DNA of 62,245 nucleotides, the filler included, from Nemertoderma westbladi (lineage: Eukaryota > Animalia > Xenacoelomorpha), in NCBI GenBank assembly GCA_032718475.1. It is 3 parts of 3 records of this genome, joined end to end, with 100 filler letters (N's around TTAATTAATTAA, not from the genome) between each part and the next. Parts side by side here need not be neighbours in the genome. Positions count along the whole stretch, not along the records: positions 1 to 18,001 come from JAUCBJ010000760.1; 2 more parts are not named here. The stretch is one strand, 5' to 3'. This document shows, in pieces, positions 1 to 10,290 of this stretch. A program made the translations under genes and the position numbers. Below the pieces are notes generated by a model. The model saw nothing but the letters and a program-made list of their open reading frames with translations. It ran no database searches and was not told the DNA's origin. The stretch's first letter is position 1; every line of letters starts with the position of its first letter.

Positions 1-1755
1 CCCAGGTGTGTCTATTACCGAAGGGGTGATTTCAAGAACAGGCCTACTTATTTCAGGCTCATCTACTATAGTAGGGAGTCTTTCTATTGTAATTATTTGA
101 TTTGTGGGTTCTGTACTCTCTAAGTTGGTATTATTTAGTTGCCTTCTAACAGCTGGAGGCAAATCAGGCAATTTCTGACGGTGGAATGTTCTTTTACGTC
201 TGCTTAGGCGGGATCGATTTCCTCCGCCTTCAGCGTCGGTGGTATCGCCTTCCTCAGATGATGTATAACCTTGTCGTTTGGGAGTAGATCGATTCATCAT
301 CTGCATATTACTAGCTGTTAACTGTTTATTAAAGTTATCTTGCCTCTCTTGAAGATTTTCCAGCTCTAGTTGGGTTGTCTCTTCAGATGCCCTCCGTTCT
401 GCTTCTGCCACTGCTATCTTTCTTTCCGCTTCTGCCGCTGCCGCTTTCCTTTGTGCTTCTGCCGCTGCCGCTTTCTTTTCTGCCTTTCTTTCCGCTTCTG
501 CCGCTGCCGCTTTTCCTTCTGCTTCTGCCGCTGCCGCTTTTCCTTCCGCTTCTGCCGCTGCCACTGCTGCTGCTGCTGTCTTTCTATCTTCTATACGTTT
601 TTTCCTTACTTGCTCTTCCTTTTCTCTAGCGATGCGGAGTTGTTCATCGAATTTAGCTTGGTTCGCCGCTAACCTATCCACATCAATCGCATCTAACACA
701 AGTTTGGCTCCTTCGCTATTAGGGCTAAGTCCCTCTAGCCTTCTCCTCAACTCTTCATCTCCCACAAAACGCTGATAGTCTGACAGATAGATATCAATGG
801 CATCCTTCTTATGCGGTTTCTCTGCCGTCGCTTCACTTTCCACTTGGGAGAAAGTAGCGTCTGTCGATTCTCCTTGTGTTGAGCGCTCCTCCAACTGAAC
901 TTTCCACTGAGCTGCTCCTTGAACCTGGCGTCTCACCCTTTGAAGCCAAGTCTTTACGGCAACTTGCAACGACGTGTCTTGTCTTCTTTTAGAAGCCTCC
1001 TCAAAGGCGGATAAGATTAGCCTAATTCGCAGAACTCTTTCTCTAACTTGATAAAGCAGCTGTTCCTGCTCTTGAGGTCCTTGAGGTTGTTTAAATAGTT
1101 GTCTTTCTACTCGCTCCATAGAGCTGAAGAATCCCTGTGCGTATCCGGCTGCGGACCTCTTCCATACAGCTGGATCGATGGTTTCCTTGGCTACTCCCAT
1201 CCGGTGTATGTCTTCCCAGGCAGCTTCTGATAAATCAAACGGGAGTCCGGGTCCGGGGAAGTTCCATTGCGACTCGACAATAGACTTCAATTCTTCCCTC
1301 GTGTACCCCGCATAACTATCTCTAGTGGATCGTTGACTCCTCGCCCAATCGATCTGGTGTTCTTCCACCGCGATCAATAACCCGCTGAGTACGGCTGCAG
1401 GAAGGATGAGAAGGGGATCCGTATAAACCGCATCCGTCATCTCCGCTCCGCGCTCGGGTGTCAGCTCTACAGTATCCTCACCACTGGAGCTGCTGGGCCG
1501 CTGAGGAATAAGTTCTTGACTCGCGGGTTGTTGCTGTTCCGCCGCTTCTTGGTCCCGCTTGACCTGAGCTCGAGTGCCTATGATAGACCTACGATGTTGG
1601 ACTAGCCTAGGTTCTGTTATTACTACTGGAGGGATGACCTTCCTCACAGTGGGAGGTGAACTGAATTTACGACCAGACGGTTGTACGTCTCTATCTGAGT
1701 CGCAGATAGTTACATCTAATATACTGTCTGACAGGTTCTGCTTAGTATCAGACAT
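1..1755 (-). CDS. Gag-like ORF of an LTR retroelement (>585 aa, runs off the left edge), with an Ala/Glu/Lys coiled-coil repeat
   Basis: Manual translation: ATG at 1755 (in-frame TAA just upstream), open to position 1 (MSDTKQNLSDSILDVTICDSD...KAAAAEAEGKAAAAEAERK...PSVIDTPG). Absent from the ORF track because it has no stop in the window. It lies downstream of an LTR-like start at 5134. Gag identity is inferred from context; no diagnostic motif is visible. Confidence 0.6.
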   Translation of the reverse strand, partial: MSDTKQNLSDSILDVTICDSDRDVQPSGRKFSSPPTVRKVIPPVVITEPRLVQHRRSIIGTRAQVKRDQEAAEQQQPASQELIPQRPSSSSGEDTVELTPERGAEMTDAVYTDPLLILPAAVLSGLLIAVEEHQIDWARSQRSTRDSYAGYTREELKSIVESQWNFPGPGLPFDLSEAAWEDIHRMGVAKETIDPAVWKRSAAGYAQGFFSSMERVERQLFKQPQGPQEQEQLLYQVRERVLRIRLILSAFEEASKRRQDTSLQVAVKTWLQRVRRQVQGAAQWKVQLEERSTQGESTDATFSQVESEATAEKPHKKDAIDIYLSDYQRFVGDEELRRRLEGLSPNSEGAKLVLDAIDVDRLAANQAKFDEQLRIAREKEEQVRKKRIEDRKTAAAAVAAAEAEGKAAAAEAEGKAAAAEAERKAEKKAAAAEAQRKAAAAEAERKIAVAEAERRASEETTQLELENLQERQDNFNKQLTASNMQMMNRSTPKRQGYTSSEEGDTTDAEGGGNRSRLSRRKRTFHRQKLPDLPPAVRRQLNNTNLESTEPTNQIITIERLPTIVDEPEISRPVLEITPSVIDTPG

Positions 1756-1842
1756 GACTATGTCTACCGTTGAATGTCTACTGCTGTATTACAGTCTGAG
1801 CAAGTCTAGTAACTCAGTATTAACTGTTAGCCTAATAATTAA

Positions 1843-2140
1843 TTACCGGTACGGCTACTCAGTGTAGCGTGATATATATATAATATATTAGAATACCGGT
1901 ATACTTATAGTATATATAACTATATAAGTATTATCACAGACTAGGTTTATCACAGAATACCGGTATAATTTTAGCACAAATATATATAATATATAATAGG
2001 CCTATCTGCAATACCGGTATACAGCTTACAGTTTGTAGGATATATAATTCTGAAATAGAATTAATTACAAGTACTGGTATAATTTCAGCCTAGATTTATA
2101 GAAATAAAGATAATAGGCCTATCGTAAATACCGGTATATC
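1843..2140. repeat. ~60-bp degenerate tandem repeats built around TACCGGTATA in the retroelement leader
   Basis: TACCGGTA(TA)-like core recurs at about 1845, 1894, 1958, 2012, 2072 and 2129. Confidence 0.6.
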
Positions 2141-3128
2141 AATTATTTCAAATAATTGAATTTCTGTTACTTTAGGGTTACTTTGTTACTTTACTTACTT
2201 TATTACCGTTATTTGAGCAGTAGTCCAACTGATATGGAGACCTAGTTGTTATATGGTAGGCCTACTATTTATAAATCGTTAGATTTGATTTATAATATAT
2301 ATATACCCGTTTTAATGGGTTTAGTCAATGTTTGAAATAAATGTTATTATTTCTGGGGTAATCACTACACAAAGCAGTGCGCTTTTAGTGAAGTGTTACG
2401 TATAGGACACTAAAACAAATAATACTAATTTACCTAAGTTACTTAATACTACAAATTACGTACAATTCGGGTGAGATTACAATCTCTAAATAAACACAAA
2501 AATTTACAAAACACAAATACGAATTTTTAGGGTAATTTTACAAGAAGTCTACAAACCAGCCTAACAAAGGGTTAGAATTCTGGTTATTACAACGGACAGG
2601 GTACTACGGTGTTTTGAAATAATAAGTAGTAGTAAATACACTGCGTTGTCCAGATAGAAAAATACCACCGCCTGACGACCTACAGCCGTATCGCTATAGG
2701 TTCTACGTTATGTATCACGGAGTGTTCCTACCTAGAAGTTAATAGAGCTAATCGAATGTGCCTATCAACCACTTTACAACACAAATATAATGCCTACACT
2801 AATTACTTCGGAAAGTACTGTACACTAAACCCTAAATTAGGTACGAGTACTTGTATAACAGATAATCAGTAGTTAAATATACTTGAACAGCTAAAAGAAC
2901 CACGGCATCTGCTGGAGTGACCGATGCACAAAATCACCAGTCTTTACCTACGCCGAGCAGCCCGTGTAGTACCGGGGTTAATTTAACTATAGCGGTATGT
3001 ATAACAAACACAATTACTGTAGGAACAAACTTGGGGAATGAATGTTGCGGATAATCGCATAAACTCTGAATAATAAATATTACGCTACGCGTACAAACTA
3101 CTCAAACAAAATACAGACCGAACACTGA

Positions 3129-3639
3129 CAGACTACTATCAAGCCTAAACAAACTACGGTATATGCAGACTCCGAAATGATTAGGGAGTATGCGCTCTAA
3201 CCCAGTAGTGCGACTTATTCTTTAGTTGGGGGTTTACCTTACAGCGTTCGCTGCCCCTACTGCCTAACCGTACTTAATCGGACAGATGATCTACACACGC
3301 GGCAATCCGTTCAGACCTAATAACAGCCAGACAACTATCCAGCCTACAAATTATCTAAATAAAATTATACGCTACCCGTACAGACTTACACAAACAAAGT
3401 ACAGACTAAACGATGGCAGACTACTCTCAAGCCTAAATAAACTACAGGACATGCAGACTCCGAAATGATTAGGGAGTATGCGCTCTAACCCAGTAGTGCG
3501 ACTTATTCTTTAGTTGGGGGTTTACCTTACAGCGTTCGCTGCCCCTACTTCCTAATCGTACTTAATCGGACAGGTGATCTACACACACTGCAATCCGTTC
3601 GGACTTAACAGCAATCAGACAACAGCTCAGCCTACAAAT
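3129..3639. repeat. Direct repeat (~220 bp, 288-bp offset) in the retroelement leader
   Basis: 3129-3351 vs 3417-3639; the core ATGCAGACTCCGAAATGATTAGGGAG...CGCTGCCCCTACT is essentially identical. Confidence 0.9.
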
Positions 3640-5134
3640 CGTCTGTACAATCTGATCAGGTTTACACGCCTTCTGTTCAATACTGGCCTACAAATAAATA
3701 AACTTGACAGAGATAAGTAAACCATATAAAGGTATAAGGGGTGATCAATCCCTAATCCCCTAAACAGCCTATCGGTATACAACAATCAAATCGAATAATA
3801 CTAGTGTACTTATACGGCAGTACCGGTTCTAGCTGTTGGGCCTACTGACCTACAGGTGTACCGTTCAGGTTTACCGGTTGACCGGTACTTTCAACTTTAT
3901 TGCTTACTGCAACAAAGAAGCTATATCCTTTAATGTTCGCGCTTTCAGACCTTTGGCAGTTTAACCCGCCAAATTAAGATGTCTTCTAGATATTAAATCG
4001 CTTTTTAGCCTATGACAAGTATTTGATTCACTACACTAGTCGAAACCAATCCGTGCGCGACCATTCACCCGCTGGATATTCCCGGGAGATTGGGTTCGAC
4101 GGTTTAATTTTGTTGCTATGTAAGCCTAATGTATTATTCGACTGACAGTATTATATAATCTCTGACAATATTATTCACCTTCGGGAATATTAACAGTTCC
4201 TTTAGGACGTGGCGCTTTATCTATATAAACAGAGTTATGACTTAAACTACTCACAACGATATGGCTTAATTATAATTCACATATATGGCACATTCTTTAG
4301 GAAATGCTTCTTTAACAGACTCACTCGCACACAATGCTGCACAATACTGCACACTAATCTGCCAATCTTCACTGATTTTAGTCACATATAAAAGGGACAC
4401 AGACTGACTCATGTAGGGTCTATCAAATAACATTAGATTCACTTCAAACCACTTTAACATAAGTCACAATCGTTATTGATAACCTTTCTCTCTTACCTTC
4501 GGTATATCAAGAATATTGGGTGTCGGGGTTATTTCTCGTTATTCCAATATAATAACTCATCAACAAATATAATGAATAACCGACAACAAATAGCAGTACA
4601 CAGTATTGACAGATCAATCGTGCCAGTTGTTTTGAGTTAAGACAATCAATCAGTCATCAGGTGCGTTTGGTCAGCCGCCAGTTAAAGGATATATGTCCTT
4701 ATAATTAAACCTACTAGTGTTGAGCTAAAAAGCAGAAAGCACAAAACACTAAAAAGCCGTTCTTTCGTGGCTTTGAAAAACTCGTGACTACTGCTCTATA
4801 CGAGGATACCAACTCCCTTATTCCACGAAGCTCCCGTTCAACACAGAGAAAGAGCAGTGAGATAGGAAATTTTCAGTTCAGCAGCTCTGTGATAGGTCAA
4901 AATCAAGGCTAACTCAAATTCTATTGGGAGATACAAAAACAAGGCTATGACGCAACCTCCCTAGGCTTGTTGGCCGATTAAACAGAGCCCAGATGCCTGC
5001 GTACAGCAAATCAGCCAATAAGCTGGTAACTTGCACTATTTTTAGCTGTAGATCACTTTGAGAGTATTCTTAGCGACTGGGGGGGAACTGGCCAACAAGG
5101 CAAACGAATCAGTTATCCCACAAAAGCTTTTACA

Positions 5135-5765
5135 GCTTGAAATACCTAGATTCAACACCGATTACCCTGGAGTCCAAATACTCATCGGTCAAAATGCGCA
5201 TGAAGCGCTCGAGACATTGGAGAAACGGCCTGCTCAACCGCAACCACTACAAGTCTATGCGGGAAGAACTAGAGTAGGTTGGTACTTTACTGACCCTTCT
5301 CGTAGAACTCTTATAGAAAGATTACCAAAAGAACAGGTATATCAATTAAGTGAACGGGAAGTGGAGAGCAGTGAAGTTGACGACCCAACTGAGGGAACAC
5401 CATACTCCTCAGATAATGACGACATCAACTCCAATGTAGATCAATGGAGACATTGCCCCGAGACGATCAATCTAGCCGACATCGCCTCCAGAGGAGCAAC
5501 TCCTCAAGAACTGATAGATACTCCAGCGTGGTTAGGTGGACCCGACTTCCTAAGTAAAGAAGATGAATGGCCTCCTCATCTTACCCCGGCTAAGATTAGA
5601 CAAGCCAAGGGAGCGGAGAAAGTAACACAACCACTCAATCGCCCAGCTGGTCGTTTATGTTTACTGGAAAGAGACCGAAAACTGTCCGGAAACTATGGAA
5701 GGCAAGATACTCTTCCCACGACCACTTCCCTAATCCGACAAATATCTAGGGACTCCATAACGTAA
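5135..5765 (+). pseudogene. Internally deleted BEL/Pao pol remnant (post-protease segment fused to the RNase H end)
   Basis: VQILIGQN...YAGRTRVGWYF resembles the Pao post-protease motif; QWRHCPETINLADIASRGATPQEL...WLGGPDFL...WP matches the Pao RNase H signature (W.H.....NPAD..SRG...W..GP.FL). RT and integrase are missing. The first codons of the tracked ORF are antisense LTR sequence. Confidence 0.8.
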
Positions 5766-5781
5766 CAACATATGGAGCGGG

Positions 5782-6092
5782 TGTGTCACTATATTATTTA
5801 TATTTGTTTTTTATTATTTTATATTATGTATGTATTATTATGTAATTTTATTATAATCGTTTTCTTTAATTTTATTTAGTAGAATGTTATTTTATCGATT
5901 ATTTAGTAGATTAGTGCAATATATTCGCGTTTATTAGTTAATTATGTATATTATATTTAGTGCGACGGCGAGAAATAATTATTTTTCTCTTTCCTTACTG
6001 TCCGTATCATATTATAAATACGTGACTACAGTAAGATGAAATATCCGTACTTATTAAAGTACAATAAAGCCACTACTATATTTAAGTATTAT
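5782..6092 (+). mobile_element. Putative LTR (family A)
   Basis: Preceded by PPT-like ATGGAGCGGG, starts TGT, contains TATAAATA (~6013) and AATAAA (6063), and is followed directly by a PBS-like TGGTAGGCAGAG. It lacks a canonical CA end and has no second copy in the window. Confidence 0.5.
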
Positions 6093-6104
6093 TGGTAGGC
6101 AGAG
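6093..6104 (+). promoter_or_regulatory. PBS-like motif, initiator tRNA-Met type with one extra G
   Basis: TGGTAGGCAGAG vs the animal tRNA-iMet PBS TGGTAGCAGAG. Confidence 0.5.
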
Positions 6105-6310
6105 TATTAGGAATGCAAAGTTCAGATCCTCGTGTCTCGGCTAAACCAAGCTCTGGGTAGACCTTGGAAACGACTTGCCTCTTCACACTGACATTGCTTC
6201 GTGCGATATTGCTCTCATACCGTATATTAAATAATACATATAGTAGCGTGATGTATCTTTAACAGTAGCGTACAACGCAAATAAATCTGTTAAACCCTTT
6301 GACCATCTGC

Positions 6311-6574
6311 AATTCTAGTCGATTAAGATATCGCGGCACCCACCGATATACTTGAAAGACAAAATTCTAGAATCAGTGGTTAACGTCCCCAGACAAGTTC
6401 TGGAATAAACTGGTGCCCATCCTAAATATTAATTATTAATATTTACAAAATCTGTCAAATATCAGATCCTTTAAAATTCTAGTCGATTAAGATATCGTAG
6501 CACTTACCGATACTCTTAAAAGGACAAAATTCCTAGAATTAAGGATCCAAGTCCCCAGACACGTTCTGGAATAA
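6311..6574. repeat. ~100-bp direct repeat (164-bp offset) in the internal leader
   Basis: AATTCTAGTCGATTAAGATATCG...GTCCCCAGAC..GTTCTGGAATAAA at 6311-6409 and 6475-6574. Confidence 0.85.
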
Positions 6575-7407
6575 AATTGTGTCTATTTAACATTAAATAA
6601 TAAAATTTACGGGAATAAATTTAAATTCAGATATTTCAATGAATTTAATAAATTGTCATTTTATACAATTTATAACATTCCCAAAATTCCATTAATTAAT
6701 AGATCATGGGAGCGGAGATTCACTCTATTAAGTGTATCAGTGTGCGAGAATCTCCAATGTATAGTCAATAGCCGATAAAATTCATAGAATCATGTATAAA
6801 GGGGATATTGACCATTAAAGAATTACTATTAAATAGCATCCCAGATCTGTATGCATGAGAATTACCCTAATTCTACCGCTAGCTTTCCATAATGTCACCA
6901 TGGCAACAACCACGCTAGAATTAGAAGTGAGTTAAAAGAACAATAACAGGCTTGCCCATTGAATAGCATACGGAATAAATAGCACACCGCTAGTATCTAA
7001 AGATACATAATAACAACGTGACATTCTGGAAGGCACTTGACTAACGGACAAATGACCCGAATGTGTGATAGAATGTGTACAATTTGTGACAGTTACGTGG
7101 AATTTGTGCGTTTGTAGGTGAATGTTACTACTAAGGTGTGTTTACAGTAGCGAGTCGCAATTGTGAAAGTAACCCTAACTCTCCAGTAAGAACCTGAAGT
7201 ATATCTAAGCCTTTGGGACGGACGGTGGAGTGGCTCGTGCTGGTTGTTGTAGTCGTTGTGCAGCTACGACGTTGGCGATAGGCACATCGGCGAAAGTACA
7301 CCAGTGCTGAGGATCTCGCACTGTCCGGGGGCAGAGAGGGGTAGGCCGCGACGCCCGCTCGCCTAAATATAAACTCATTATAATATGGATAAACTTATAT
7401 AGCAGAT

Positions 7408-8933
7408 ATGATTGAGTTGATAGAAGATGAGCTTGGTATCAGGGAGCGATATACTCTACCTTTACAAGCGTTTGTTGATAGCTTGATACGCGGCGACGCT
7501 GGTCCAACTACTACGGAGGGCGATGGTCGTTATATCTAACCGCCAATGTCCCGGGAGCAACTTGAGCGTGGGTTGGACTGTAGAAAATTCACCGCTCGCT
7601 ATACGCATCGTAATGGTACGTATATGGACTTCTTAACTACTGGTCATCCTATCGACCTACACGATACGAACGATATAGACCCCAAAAGGGAAATGGTTTT
7701 GTTTAAATATCATACCCAGCGGAAGCGGAACGATAAAATGAGACTCGAACACGAAAATTCTATTCGAAACCGACTCGAAAGTGAAGATGTTGAAGAGCCG
7801 GATAAACGCAGCGACTTCACCAAAATATCTGGAATTCTTGAGAGAAGCCTATCTTGATATTACCAGTCAACAGAATCTAGAAACTCGATATCCTCAAGGT
7901 ATACATCATGACCGCATGGTAGAACTCAAACAGCTCTATTCCACTATGATGTATCTTACCGTCGATCGACCGCTACCTGTTGTACCGGATAGCTTCGAAC
8001 GGATGGAGGAATATTGTAAGCTGGAGAAAGATCACTCGCGTTTCCTCTATAAGACGTGCGTCTTTGGTATTATTGAGATGAATGCCCTAGACCCAACCAA
8101 CAAACGGAAAGATATAAACATCCGCGGAGACGTTGCGCTAAACACGGTTTTACTCGCTATACTTACGGGAGTTTCGAGCGAAACTTGTTCGATGTATCAC
8201 CTACGCTCGCTCGGATCAAACGATCCTTAAATAAACCTATGATCAGAGTTCCGGAATACTCGATCAGACCTCCTCATTCCCTAGTGAGACCTCAAGCTCT
8301 TGATCTTAATAGTATGACGGATCCTCCTGAACTGTATTCATTGTTTAAAGATCTAGTGTTACCCGAGCAATTAGTCGGTGGCACTCCGGTTGTGGGCTCC
8401 CTAAATATCCGCCCATCTTACCTGGCCGGATTGGGGCACGGACACCTGATATCGCCATTCAACCGTATAATCGTAATCGTCCCCGTTTAACACGATACAA
8501 CCGTCATCAAGGTGGAGGAGAGCGTTGTACGAAACGAGTTAAACGCTATTCTACAAAGATCAGAAAAGAAACCTACGTTTGTTCAGATAAACTTAAATTA
8601 TAACGGCAAGTCCAAGCGGTAAACGGATTGGCTTTATCCCAGTTCGATTGGGAAATCCCGAATCTCTAAGACGATATTGAGCTTGGATGACCCTATTCTC
8701 GGCGAGAGTTTGGACGAACGTATCCAACGATGAGCGGAGGAAAATCAGCTCGAGGAGAAGCATATCGAAACGGCGGATACCCCGACCATAATCCTACACC
8801 TTATGATGCAATCACATTGCACCCTTCACCCAGGAGTTATGGCCCTCCTAGTAAAGTGGCTCCCCCCAAAGAGAAAAGGACTCTTGCTAGCTTTAAAAAA
8901 CTGCGTAAACGCCGTCCACGCAAGACAGACTAA
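7408..8933 (+). pseudogene. Degenerate orphan ORF (~500 codons) inside an LTR-type unit, product unknown
   Basis: ATG 7408 is in frame with ORF 7546 across one TAA. Overlapping ORFs 7546-7857, 7781-8230, 8185-8490 and 8730-8933 chain by frameshifts and stops. Basic C-terminus KKLRKRRPRK. Followed by PPT TGGGAGCGG at 9003-9011. Confidence 0.55.
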
Positions 8934-9011
8934 CTGTTTAGAGTATTTTTATATTTTAGAAACTGTGATTTTTTATATTTTATAGAATTAAATCCCATTT
9001 TCTGGGAGCGG

Positions 9012-10290
9012 TGTAAAAGCTTTTGCGGGATATAACTGGCCCTTTTGCTTCGCAATCCAGTTTCCCTTAATGCGCTCAAATACTCTAAAGAAAAACTCAC
9101 TAACTCAAAGGATGAAAGCTACCGGCTGATTGGCTGATTTGCCTAGCGACGGCCTCTTTGTTGGGTTCGATCAACCAACCAGAGCAAGGTCAACCAAGCA
9201 GAGCGATTCAGCCTTATGTTGGCTAAATCAATGTAATTGGCTGCAAAGGCTAGGGTGGTTTGGCATTTTAGACGATTTGGAACCTGTGGAATATGGAACT
9301 CTGCCAATGAGAGCTTTTCCTTTCTGTGTTGAAATCTACCTGCAGCAGCTCACAGGGTTCAGTGTGTTGGTTTTCCTGATGCCATGAACATCGGCCATGG
9401 AATTATTCTGAATTATTCCAACATTAGAACGTCTTTAATTATAAGATCACATAACTGTTACCGGTACATGACCAGCACTGGACAGCGTGAGGACCGGTAC
9501 GGTACCTGCTGCTGTATTGCACATTATTTACTGCTATTTGCTGTTTGTTATTAAATGTATCATTCGTTTGCATATTGTTATTTGGAGAATAACTATAAAC
9601 GATCAGAAACCCCGATCTTCTTGATACACTAAGGTTAGAGAGACCGGCTACATATAGCAATTGCGGCTTATATTATCGTGGTTTGTAGTGTGTAGTGAAT
9701 TGAATGCTATTTTATAGGCCCTACAAATGCCGGTTGCTATTCTCTTTATATATGATTAAAATCAGTGACTATCGGCAATTCAGTGTGCAGCGGTGTGCAA
9801 TAGTCTGTATGTGCTTGTCCGCGTAACAAAGCATCTCCTAAAGAATGCGCCTTATGTGTAACTTATAATCCATTCCGTTGTGTTTAGTGTAAGCCATAGC
9901 TCTGTTTATATAGATAGAGCGCCACGTCCTAAAGGAACTGCTAATATTTCCCGAAAGTGAATAATATTTGTCAGAGATTATATATTAACGATCAATCGAA
10001 TAGTACGGTAGGCCTGCACCGCAATCAAATTAAAGCATCCGAATCCAGTCTCCCGGGTATATCCAGCGGGTGAATGGTCGCGCATAGACTGGCTTCGGCT
10101 AATGTTGGATTTATTTGTGTCAAATACTTGTCATAGGCTAAAGTCGATTTATAACCTAGAAGACATATAGATTTGGCGGGTTAAACTGCCAAAGGTCTTA
10201 AAAGCGCGAACATGGTACTACCTGTAGCTGTCAGCCCAGTAAGACAGGCCCGATAAGCACCAGTAGCCTATTCGTTAATTAGTTGATCAA
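9012..10290 (+). mobile_element. LTR family B copy (LTR and possibly leader), diverged from the copy at 3840-5134
   Basis: PPT, then TGTAAAAGCTTTTG; inverted homology to 3840-5134 (e.g. ATCCAGCGGGTGAATGGTCGCGCA, GGCGGGTTAAACTGCCAAAGGTCT). Confidence 0.65.

Larger units (their letters stand above)
1..5134 (-). mobile_element. 5' part of an LTR retrotransposon (LTR family B, long leader, Gag-like ORF)
   Basis: Minus strand begins TGTAAAAGCTTTTGTGGGATAACT at 5134, matching TGTAAAAGCTTTTGCGGGATATAACT at 9012 (+), which follows a PPT. Patchy homology continues (3840-4260 vs 9880-10245). AATAAA on minus near 3900. The LTR 3' end and PBS could not be fixed. Confidence 0.6.

Noticed and set aside
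370-672. Cys/Phe-rich and Leu/Pro-rich plus-strand ORFs
   Set aside because: Antisense shadows of the Ala/Glu/Lys repeat in the long minus-strand ORF.
4669-4680. TGGCGGCTGACC (minus) as PBS of LTR family B
   Set aside because: No convincing tRNA match, absent from the second copy, and homology between the copies continues past it.
7292-7313. GAAA...CTGAGGA as a permuted hammerhead
   Set aside because: Stem II cannot close and stem III would have a 1-nt loop.
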